Below are positions 1 through 7,441 of a stretch of DNA of 12,155 nucleotides, one piece after another (the stretch's first letter is position 1; the number at the start of each line of letters is the position of its first letter). The stretch comes from Desulfurella sp. GTDB lineage: Bacteria; Campylobacterota_A; Desulfurellia; Desulfurellales; Desulfurellaceae. The notes beneath the pieces are model-generated. The model had not been told where the DNA came from, did not search any database, and was given only the letters and a program-made list of their open reading frames with translations. A program made the translations under genes and the position numbers. The stretch is from the NCBI GenBank assembly GCA_031960885.1, contig JAVRLY010000037.1, positions 1 through 12,155 of the forward strand, given 5' to 3'.

Positions 1-543
1 TTATGCTTGAAGACTAAAATTTTTTATTTGCCTATAAATAGGCGAGGGTGATTTTAAGATACTTTCAAAAAGCGAAAACTCGTTAACTTTAACAGTAAGA
101 TTATTGTGGCTAAGAAAATCGTTTGTTAGGTTTAAAAGTTCTTTTGCTTGGTGTTGCGAAATATTTTTCATTCTTGCTATTGTTATGTGGAGAGTATGGA
201 TTTCTTTTGTAAATAGTTGATCTATGCTTAAAGCGATGCTTTCGAAACTCACATTTTTGTCTTGGCCTATCCATAGTATTCTTGGGTTTTCCAAATTTTT
301 AAATATACCGCATTTATTTAGATTAACTTCAAATGGTTTGTGTTGCATAGCTATGTGGTTTAAATGCTCAGATAAACTATCAATATTATGTGACTCGAAT
401 TCACCTATAAATTTTAGTGTAATATGTAAATTTTCAATATTTGTAAACTTTGCATTATATTTTTTTGACTTCAAATGCTCTAAAAAGTCGCCAATAGTCT
501 TTTTAATGTATTGCGGGAGTGAAAGCGCTATAAATACCCTCAT
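1..543 (-). CDS. thpR: RNA 2',3'-cyclic phosphodiesterase (2'-5' RNA ligase, 2H phosphoesterase family)
   Basis: 180 aa. N-terminus MRVFIAL, two HxT motifs (NLHITLKFIG, LHITIAR), PRILWIG and C-terminal LFESIL..PIY are typical of ThpR/LigT. Stop codon is at 1-3, so the gene is complete. Lies downstream of pgpA-cinA, a known arrangement. Confidence 0.92.
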   Translation of the reverse strand: MRVFIALSLPQYIKKTIGDFLEHLKSKKYNAKFTNIENLHITLKFIGEFESHNIDSLSEHLNHIAMQHKPFEVNLNKCGIFKNLENPRILWIGQDKNVSFESIALSIDQLFTKEIHTLHITIARMKNISQHQAKELLNLTNDFLSHNNLTVKVNEFSLFESILKSPSPIYRQIKNFSLQA

Positions 544-1535
544 AAATTTCTCGATAGAATAAATTGTCTTAAAAAAAGCGCAGCATATAAGGCTGCTTTT
601 TGATAAATAGTATTGAGCGAACCAGAAAATTCTTTGATTGAAAATTCAAAACTGTTATCCTTATAGTACGCTAAAAATAAAAATTTATGAAAATCTTTAC
701 TGTTTATAATTGAAATTGCGCAATCTGCATTGCTTATTTGTAGCAAGAAGCTTGATGTATCTTTTGCAAAGGTTTCGCTAAAGCAGCCAAATTTTTCTAT
801 GTATTTTTCGTCAATGCCAAAAATATAATTCAAAGTGTGAATTGAGCATGTATCAATATATAATGTTACGTAGTCTTTTGCGTTTGCTTGTGAGATAATC
901 TTTGATAAAAAGAAAGCATTTGTTGATAAATCTACAATAGCAAGCTTTATAGAAGTTTTTTTTATTGTATCTAAAAGGGCAGAAAACACAGATTGCCCAT
1001 TGTATGTAAAAATTTTTGACTTATCAATATCATACGGTAGCACTTGATTATTGTCTAATTTTATATACGTATATACTTCATCAGTAAAAATAGTGCTTTG
1101 TGTATTGATATTTCCTTCAAATATACCAATTGTTTGGTAGTTTATGCCAAATAAACTTTTAAATGTTGAAAAATCAAAGTTTTCATCAAATTCTTCATTT
1201 ACAAAAACAATTGGTTTGCTGTAAACGATATCAGCAAATATGCCATTTGCATATTTTTTAAAGCCCGATGCTATAATAAACGCTTCATCTTTAAATAAGC
1301 TAGGCCTTTCAAAGCTTGTAAGCATGATTTTTTGCAGCTTATGCCATAAACTTTTTGCGTGTATTATAAACATACCATTGCTGTTATTAAAAGCAAATTC
1401 TATAGTAGTTTTCATTGATTTAAAGTCATTTGTGCATGATATAGCTGTAGAACACACACCACCTACTTTTTTGATTTGGTCTAGATAAAATTCATGCGAG
1501 TATGGAATATCCAAAAATACTACTGAGTAATTCAT
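540..1535 (-). CDS. CinA-like protein (degenerate MoCF-like N-domain plus degenerate PncC/CinA C-domain), probably catalytically inactive
   Basis: 331 aa between pgpA and thpR, the usual cinA position. The C-terminal half aligns by eye to PncC: IKLAIVDLSTNA ~ LTLATAESCTGG; FGIDEKYIEKFGCFSETFA ~ LGVPEE.LEKHGAVSEEVA; ADCAISI ~ ADIGIS; FSGSLNTIYQKA ~ FSGDRE.IREKA. ATGA overlaps at both ends. Confidence 0.7.
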   Translation of the reverse strand: MNYSVVFLDIPYSHEFYLDQIKKVGGVCSTAISCTNDFKSMKTTIEFAFNNSNGMFIIHAKSLWHKLQKIMLTSFERPSLFKDEAFIIASGFKKYANGIFADIVYSKPIVFVNEEFDENFDFSTFKSLFGINYQTIGIFEGNINTQSTIFTDEVYTYIKLDNNQVLPYDIDKSKIFTYNGQSVFSALLDTIKKTSIKLAIVDLSTNAFFLSKIISQANAKDYVTLYIDTCSIHTLNYIFGIDEKYIEKFGCFSETFAKDTSSFLLQISNADCAISIINSKDFHKFLFLAYYKDNSFEFSIKEFSGSLNTIYQKAALYAALFLRQFILSRNL

Positions 1536-1990
1536 TTAAAAATTATATAAAGCAAAATACCAGCCATTAGACCACCTACTAAATCATCTATCATTATACC
1601 AAGTCCGCCACTGATGCGTTCTAAAAAATTTAGTGGGGGGATTTTTGTAATATCTATAATTCTAAAAAATACAAAGCCTAACCACACTGTCCAAAACGTG
1701 TAATTTACAAATGCCAAAGTAACAAGCATGCCAACTACTTCATCAATTATAATAAAAGAGGGATCTTTTATATTATAGGCACTTTCTACAATTTCGCTTG
1801 CAATGGTGCCAATGGCAAATAAACAAGATACAACTAATATGTATATACTAAATGATGCTTCTTTTAAAAACATATAAATGAATATACCCACGAATGAACC
1901 CATAGTACCCGGCGCATACGCAGTATATCCTATGCCAAAAACCGTAGCAATAATATCGGAAAATTTTTGTATATCATCTTCAAATTTCAT
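1532..1990 (-). CDS. pgpA: Phosphatidylglycerophosphatase A
   Basis: 152 aa, hydrophobic. Motifs FGIGY..YAPGTMGS, KDPSFIIIDEVVGM, FFRIIDITK, GGLGIMIDDLVGG are the PgpA signatures. Confidence 0.95.
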   Translation of the reverse strand: MKFEDDIQKFSDIIATVFGIGYTAYAPGTMGSFVGIFIYMFLKEASFSIYILVVSCLFAIGTIASEIVESAYNIKDPSFIIIDEVVGMLVTLAFVNYTFWTVWLGFVFFRIIDITKIPPLNFLERISGGLGIMIDDLVGGLMAGILLYIIFK

Positions 1991-3144
1991 AGTACTTTAT
2001 CTAAAAATTGGATAAGTTTATCTATGTGTTCTTTTTCTACAATCAAAGGTGGTTCGAACCTTAACGTATCACTACCTGCTTTACCAATAAGTATTTTATC
2101 TTCTAAAGCCTTTTCAACAATTTCTTCGCATGGTTTATCAATTGAAATACCCACAATTAAACCTACGCCTTTTACTGATTTTATAGTTTTTTTTCTGTTT
2201 TTTAACTCAGACAATTGTTCAATAAAATATTCCCCTATCTCTCTTACGTAAGACAACATATTGTTACTAAATATAAAATTTAATACTTCTGTTGAAACCT
2301 TTGTGACAATTGGGTTGCCGCCAAAAGTAGAGCCATGGGAGCCGGGTGTAAATGCATTTGCAACTGTTTCTTTTGCAAGCATTGCCCCAATAGGTATTCC
2401 ACCGGCCAACCCTTTTGCCATTGTAATTATATCGGGTTCACAATCGTACAATTCATAGGCAAAAAATTTTGACGTTCTACCCATGCCCGTTTGTATTTCA
2501 TCATCAATTAAGAGTATATCGTTGTTTTTGCAATACTGAGCAACTTGAGCCACAAATGTTTTGTTTGCTTCATTTATACCGCCTTCTCCTTGTATAAATT
2601 CTATCATAACAGCGCATGTATCTTTGGTTATTTTATTATAGAAATCCTCTATATCGTTGAATTTTGCGTATAAAAAGCCTTCTGTTAGTGGTTCAAAGCC
2701 TTCTTGGTACTTTTTTTGGCCTGTTGCAGCAAGTGTGGTAATGGTTCTGCCGTGAAATGAATGTTCAAACGTCAGTATGCGCTTTCTTTCTTTTCCATAT
2801 AAACGAGCTAATTTAATCGCAGCTTCATTGGCTTCTGCGCCTGAATTGCAAAAAAATACCCTATCTGTGCAAGAGTGTTCGACTAATATTTGAGCTAATT
2901 GTGCTTGTTCTTTAATGTAATAAAGATTTGATACATGTATAAGTTTTTTCGCTTGTTCACACAAAGCATTTGTTACTACTTCGTGTGAATGTCCTAGTAT
3001 ATTTACTGCAATACCAGCTAAAAAGTCCAGATAAGCGTTACCAAATGCATCGTATAGGTACATACCTTTGCCATACTCAAAATACACCTTTGACCTGCGA
3101 TAGGTATTTACTAAGTATTTATCTGATTGTTCAAATACATCCAT
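1987..3144 (-). CDS. argD: Acetylornithine aminotransferase (class III PLP-dependent aminotransferase)
   Basis: 385 aa. Motifs YLDFLAGIAVNILGH, HVSNLY, FFCNSGAEANEAAIKLAR, SFHGRT, IQGEGG, DEIQTGMGRT, AKGLAGG (PLP Lys), HGSTFGGNP. SD-like GGAGG upstream of the ATG. Confidence 0.92.
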   Translation of the reverse strand: MDVFEQSDKYLVNTYRRSKVYFEYGKGMYLYDAFGNAYLDFLAGIAVNILGHSHEVVTNALCEQAKKLIHVSNLYYIKEQAQLAQILVEHSCTDRVFFCNSGAEANEAAIKLARLYGKERKRILTFEHSFHGRTITTLAATGQKKYQEGFEPLTEGFLYAKFNDIEDFYNKITKDTCAVMIEFIQGEGGINEANKTFVAQVAQYCKNNDILLIDDEIQTGMGRTSKFFAYELYDCEPDIITMAKGLAGGIPIGAMLAKETVANAFTPGSHGSTFGGNPIVTKVSTEVLNFIFSNNMLSYVREIGEYFIEQLSELKNRKKTIKSVKGVGLIVGISIDKPCEEIVEKALEDKILIGKAGSDTLRFEPPLIVEKEHIDKLIQFLDKVL

Positions 3145-3145
3145 T

Positions 3146-4210
3146 TTATTTTACCTCCACTAAGTTTGTATTTATGGTATTTATTTGTTTTAGCGCATCA
3201 AAAATTGCATCTTTTAAATGTTGATTAGAGAACATCTTGGATTTATTTAAAGCGGACTTTGACATTAATGCTAAGTCTTTTTGTTGTATTGCAACCATTG
3301 CTTTATATAGTGAGTCTACATTTGGTTTGCACAAAATCCCACACGAATCATCTACCACTTCAGCTAAACACCCAACATCAGTAACAATGCAAGCCTTAGA
3401 GCATGCCAAATACTCTAAAGCAGTGCGCGCAATTACTTCTGAGCCGATAGAGCTTACAATACCAACATCGAAAGTGCTAATTATACATTCTACATCATTT
3501 CTAAACCTATTTTCAATAATGATGCGATTGTGTATATTTAACTGCTTAGCTTTTTGTATAATATCGTTTATTTTTATTTCTGTCTCATATGTAAGCAAAA
3601 ATAATTTTGCTTTATTATCCAACTTTGCAAAAGCTTCAAGCAACATAAAAATGCCTTTTACTGGCGATGTTCTTCCAATAAAGCCAAATAAAAATGTATT
3701 GTTGTCAATACCAAATTCTTTTCTTATTTTTAAAGCGCAATCAGGCTTGAAAGTAAATTTATTTGTATCCACTACACCATTTACAATTCTGTGTGGCATA
3801 TTTAATATATTTTCAAATTTTTTTGTGCTTACAAAAGCATAGTCGATGCAATGCCTATTTGAAACATTTCTTTTCGCTTCACCGATAATTCTAATTAATT
3901 TAAAATTCACATGTTTTTTTAACAAACATGCGTAGAAAGTAGCGTCTCCTCTAATTGTTATAACTATATGTGGTTTTATTTTATTTAAATACTCTCTAAT
4001 GCTGTTTAGGTTTTTAAAAAAAGCTAAAGGGTTTAATGTACGTAAATTTTGTATATAGAATTTGTTTGCATCTGCTACATTGTCAATGTAGCTGTCTTTT
4101 TGACACAAAAGATACGTATTGTTATCCTCCTTTAGTATATCTAAAAATGCTTTCCCAAGAAATGTTAATGAGCTATTCCATGTTTCGTCTAAGATTATCG
4201 CAATATTCAT
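3146..4210 (-). CDS. Glycosyltransferase, GT-B fold, family 4 (RfaB-like)
   Basis: 354 aa. [22 protein letters not shown]7E motif ([10 protein letters not shown]) followed by [11 protein letters not shown]. Substrate cannot be assigned from sequence. Confidence 0.85.
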   Translation of the reverse strand: MNIAIILDETWNSSLTFLGKAFLDILKEDNNTYLLCQKDSYIDNVADANKFYIQNLRTLNPLAFFKNLNSIREYLNKIKPHIVITIRGDATFYACLLKKHVNFKLIRIIGEAKRNVSNRHCIDYAFVSTKKFENILNMPHRIVNGVVDTNKFTFKPDCALKIRKEFGIDNNTFLFGFIGRTSPVKGIFMLLEAFAKLDNKAKLFLLTYETEIKINDIIQKAKQLNIHNRIIIENRFRNDVECIISTFDVGIVSSIGSEVIARTALEYLACSKACIVTDVGCLAEVVDDSCGILCKPNVDSLYKAMVAIQQKDLALMSKSALNKSKMFSNQHLKDAIFDALKQINTINTNLVEVK

Positions 4211-4902
4211 CTTGTTTGTTTTTCAAATTCGCCAGAAATGCTTTTTCTGCGTTTTAATTCTTCTAAAATTGCATCTAACGGTATTTGTCTGTAAGCAAGC
4301 CCTACAAGGAAATGATACACTACATCACTTGCTTCATATATTATGTGTGATGTATCGTTGTCTTTGAGTGCGAATAGAAATTCCAACGTTTCTTCACTGA
4401 TTTTTTTTGAAATTTTTTCTATGCCACTAGAAAAAAGCTTTGCTGTGTAAGAGTTTTGTGGCATGTCTTTTTTTCTTTGAAGTATTGTTTCATATAAATC
4501 GCTCAATGTAGAGTTTTGTACGTTATATATTATTTCTTTAAAGTTTTCACCAAGCGTTGGCTCTATTTCAACAATTTTGCCTCGAACATATTCCCTAAAA
4601 AAGCAGCTTCTGTGAAATGTATGGCATGCACAGCCTACTTGTTCAACTTTATATAGTAAGCAATCTTCATCGCAATCAAATAGAATTTGTTTTATTTTTT
4701 GGACATTACCGCTTTCTTCGCCCTTTTTCCATAATTTATTTCTACTTCGTGAATAGTAATGAGCAAAACCCGTTTCGATAGTTTTTTGAATCGCTTCTTT
4801 GTTGGCATAAGCAAACATTAGTATGTCTTTATTGTAAAAGTCTTGTGCTATTACTGGGACTAAACCATTTTTGTCAAACCTTACTATCTCAAACAGTTCC
4901 AT
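4207..4902 (-). CDS. hisIE: Bifunctional phosphoribosyl-AMP cyclohydrolase / phosphoribosyl-ATP diphosphatase
   Basis: 231 aa. HisI part: [44 protein letters not shown]. HisE part: [25 protein letters not shown]. Confidence 0.95.
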   Translation of the reverse strand: MELFEIVRFDKNGLVPVIAQDFYNKDILMFAYANKEAIQKTIETGFAHYYSRSRNKLWKKGEESGNVQKIKQILFDCDEDCLLYKVEQVGCACHTFHRSCFFREYVRGKIVEIEPTLGENFKEIIYNVQNSTLSDLYETILQRKKDMPQNSYTAKLFSSGIEKISKKISEETLEFLFALKDNDTSHIIYEASDVVYHFLVGLAYRQIPLDAILEELKRRKSISGEFEKQTR

Positions 4903-4910
4903 ATTAAAGC

Positions 4911-4939
4911 ATCATACATAAAAAATACTTTCTTGTAAA
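4911..4939 (-). promoter_or_regulatory. Putative sigma70 promoter for the hisIE operon
   Basis: Minus strand reads TTTACA (4939-4934) - 17 bp - TATGAT (4916-4911). Each box matches consensus at 5/6. The -10 box lies 8 nt before the hisIE ATG. Confidence 0.6.
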
Positions 4940-4953
4940 GTGCCTTTTAAGTA

Positions 4954-4981
4954 TTGACATAGTTTAAAATAAGCGTAAAAT
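4954..4981 (+). promoter_or_regulatory. Putative sigma70 promoter for the cysK operon
   Basis: Perfect TTGACA (4954-4959) - 16 bp - TAAAAT (4976-4981), followed by SD-like GGGAG (4988-4992) 7 nt before the GTG at 5000. Confidence 0.7.
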
Positions 4982-4999
4982 TAAAAAGGGAGTAATTTA

Positions 5000-5932
5000 G
5001 TGAAGATTATTGATACAATTGGTTCTACGCCACTTATCAAACTAAATATTCGCTTTAGTACAAAAGCAAGTCTTTTTGCAAAATTAGAGACAAAAAACCC
5101 AACTTTTTCTGTTAAGGATAGGGCTGCATATTTTATGATTAAAGACGCCATTGATAGCGGAAAATTAAAGAAAGGGATGGAGATAATTGAACCCACAAGT
5201 GGCAATACTGGTATTGCGCTATCATTTTTAGGCAAAGTACTGGGTTTTGATGTGACTATTGTTATGCCAGAATCTATGAGTAAAGAGCGTATCTTTTTAA
5301 TGAAACTATTTGGTGCTAACGTTATTTTAACCAGTGCAAATTTGGGCATGAAAGGCTCGATTGAAAAAGCAAAAGAGTTGTTGGCATCATCAGATAAGTT
5401 CTTTATGCCAGACCAATTTAATAACCCCTCAAACCCAAAAGCCCACGAGCAAACAACAGGACCAGAAATTTACAATGCATTAGATGGCAATGTGGATGTT
5501 TTTGTAAGTGCTGTTGGCACAGGCGGTACAATAAGCGGCGTTTCGAGATTTTTAAAAAAACACAATAAAAACGTGCTAACTGTTGCGGTTGAGCCTAAAA
5601 ATAGCCCAGCTATAAGCTCTTACATAAATAATATTGCATATGTTGCCAAACCTCATGCAATTCAAGGCATTGGGGCTGGTTTTGTGCCAGCTAATTTGGA
5701 TTTAAACGTAATTGATATTGTGGAGCAAGTCGAAGATGAAGAAGCTATAGAACATGCTTTATATTTGTCTAAAAAAGAAGGTATAATGGCTGGCATATCA
5801 AGTGGTGCAAACTTTGCTGTAGCGTGTCGGCTAGCAAGAAAGGATGAATTTAAGAATAAAAATATAGTTTTTGTTGTTTGTGATAGCGCAGAGCGATATT
5901 TAAGCACGAATTTATTTAAGGAGTTAAAATGA
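5000..5932 (+). CDS. cysK: Cysteine synthase A (O-acetylserine sulfhydrylase)
   Basis: 310 aa, GTG start with SD. IGSTPLIKL, NPTFSVKDR (PLP Lys), EPTSGNTG, QFNNPSNP..H..TTGPEI, GTGGT, HAIQGIGAGF (CysK-type loop), GISSGA, ERYLST. Confidence 0.95.
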   Translation: MKIIDTIGSTPLIKLNIRFSTKASLFAKLETKNPTFSVKDRAAYFMIKDAIDSGKLKKGMEIIEPTSGNTGIALSFLGKVLGFDVTIVMPESMSKERIFLMKLFGANVILTSANLGMKGSIEKAKELLASSDKFFMPDQFNNPSNPKAHEQTTGPEIYNALDGNVDVFVSAVGTGGTISGVSRFLKKHNKNVLTVAVEPKNSPAISSYINNIAYVAKPHAIQGIGAGFVPANLDLNVIDIVEQVEDEEAIEHALYLSKKEGIMAGISSGANFAVACRLARKDEFKNKNIVFVVCDSAERYLSTNLFKELK

Positions 5933-7080
5933 AAAAACTAGTATACCTTGATAATGCAGCTACGACACCTTTACTAACGGAAGTTTTAGATGAAATGATG
6001 CCATACTTTAAAGATAGCTTTGCAAACCCTATGACATATATGCAATCAAGTTTGGGTTTAGACGCATTTAAGGCACTTGAAAAAGCCCGAAATCATGCTG
6101 CAAGCCTCATTAATGCAAAACCCGATAATATTGTATTTACAGGTTCTGGAACCGAAAGTGACAATATGGCTATAAAAGGTGTAGCATTCAAAAAAGGAAA
6201 AGGCCATATTATTACGTCTAAATTTGAGCATCATGCTGTTTTACATACAGTGCAAGCATTACAAAGGCACGGATTTAGTTTTACATTTGTTGATATAGAT
6301 AAAAGTGGATTTGTTGATATAAACCAGATAGAAGATGCTATTAGATATGACACAATTTTAATATCTATTATGCATGCAAACAATGAAATTGGTACTATCC
6401 AGCCAATTGAAGAAATTTCAAGACTTGCGCACAAAAACGGTATTTTTTTTCACACAGATGCTGTTCAATCATGTGCTCACATTGATGTAGATGTAGAAAA
6501 GATTGAGTGTGACTTTTTGAGTATTTCTGCCCATAAATTTAATGGTCCAAAAGGCGTTGGTTTTTTGTATATAAAAGACAAAGGTAGCATTTATCCTTTG
6601 ATTGATGGAGGCGCTCAAGAATGGGGGCTTAGGGCAGCTACACATAATATGCCAGGTATTGTTGGACTTGGTAAAGCATGCGAAATTGCGCAAAATAATT
6701 TGGGATTTCAAAAAGAAAAATTAATTAATTTAAGAGATTATTTTTTGAATACACTTCTACAAAATATTGATGGAATAAATGTTAATGGAAGCATACATAA
6801 TAGATTGCCACAAAATTTAAATATTAGATTAGATGGTATAAATAATGATGCATTACTTTTGGGTATGAATAGATACGGCATTATTGCTGCAGGTGGTTCT
6901 GCTTGTACAGCCACAGATACTGTCCCATCACATGTGTTGATTGCGCTTGGTTTAACACCAGAGGAAGCTAGTTCCAGTGTGCGATTTTCTTTTGGTATAG
7001 AAAATACTCAAGAAGAGATTGAATACGCTTTAGATATCATTATAAGCTTAGTTAAAAAACTTAGACTACTTAGAGGTTAA
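5929..7080 (+). CDS. iscS: Cysteine desulfurase, class I (IscS/NifS family)
   Basis: 383 aa. VYLDNAATTP, FTGSGTESDN, EHHAV, NNEIGTIQP, HTDAVQ, SAHKFNGPKG (PLP Lys), GGSACT (catalytic Cys326, codon 6904-6906), PSHVL.A.G, VRFSFG. ATGA overlap with cysK and SD AAGGAG. Confidence 0.93.
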   Translation: MKKLVYLDNAATTPLLTEVLDEMMPYFKDSFANPMTYMQSSLGLDAFKALEKARNHAASLINAKPDNIVFTGSGTESDNMAIKGVAFKKGKGHIITSKFEHHAVLHTVQALQRHGFSFTFVDIDKSGFVDINQIEDAIRYDTILISIMHANNEIGTIQPIEEISRLAHKNGIFFHTDAVQSCAHIDVDVEKIECDFLSISAHKFNGPKGVGFLYIKDKGSIYPLIDGGAQEWGLRAATHNMPGIVGLGKACEIAQNNLGFQKEKLINLRDYFLNTLLQNIDGINVNGSIHNRLPQNLNIRLDGINNDALLLGMNRYGIIAAGGSACTATDTVPSHVLIALGLTPEEASSSVRFSFGIENTQEEIEYALDIIISLVKKLRLLRG

Positions 7081-7081
7081 A

Positions 7082-7441
7082 ATGGAAATTTACTCAGAAA
7101 AATTAATGGATTGTTTTTTAGAACCAAGAGGTTTTGGTGATTTGGAAGATTACCAGTGCAGTTTTGAAATTACATCACAAGAAGATGGTATAAATGTAGT
7201 TTTTTTTGCGAAAGTTGAGGATAATTTAGTAAATATTTCATATAAAGTAGGTGGGTGCAGTGTAATTATAGCTGTTTGCTGCGCTATTTTTGACCTTTAC
7301 AATAAAAAACCACTTAATGTTGCAAAATCAGCAAACATTGATGAAATTTCTTCTTATTTAGATGGTGTACCTAGCGAAAAACAAAGATGTGCCACATATG
7401 CACTTCGCGCTTTTTTGGAAACTATAAATCGCTGTGCTTAG
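7082..7441 (+). CDS. IscU/NifU-N-like protein with non-canonical ligand set
   Basis: 119 aa directly after iscS, SD GAGGT. YSEKLMDCFLEPRGFG ~ YSEKVMDHFMNPRNVG; YKVGGC ~ FKTFGC; LDGVPSEKQRCA ~ LGGLPPVKMHCS. The CGD motif is replaced by DGI. Confidence 0.75.
   Translation: MEIYSEKLMDCFLEPRGFGDLEDYQCSFEITSQEDGINVVFFAKVEDNLVNISYKVGGCSVIIAVCCAIFDLYNKKPLNVAKSANIDEISSYLDGVPSEKQRCATYALRAFLETINRCA

Noticed and set aside
2187..2203. Poly-T/A tracts as phase-variation sites
   Set aside because: Runs of 8 nt or less are expected in an AT-rich genome and all reading frames are intact.
3237..3842. 201-aa plus-strand ORF
   Set aside because: Lies wholly antisense to the GT4 gene and has no recognisable motif; a typical shadow ORF.
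224..4367. Other short plus-strand ORFs (224-562, 1240-1488, 1967-2251, 2261-2458, 2970-3224, 4036-4257, 4119-4367)
   Set aside because: Antisense to well-supported genes, with low-information composition and no family motifs.
4981..6711. Minus-strand ORFs 4981-5349, 5662-5907, 6231-6434, 6469-6711
   Set aside because: Antisense shadows of cysK and iscS.
7399..7418. Possible terminator (GCACTTCGCGC followed by T6)
   Set aside because: The stem pairs poorly and the site lies inside the coding sequence, upstream of the stop codon.
5000..7441. cysK cassette as a recently acquired mobile island
   Set aside because: No integrase, transposase, tRNA or flanking direct repeats seen, and composition looks similar to the neighbours by eye (not computed).
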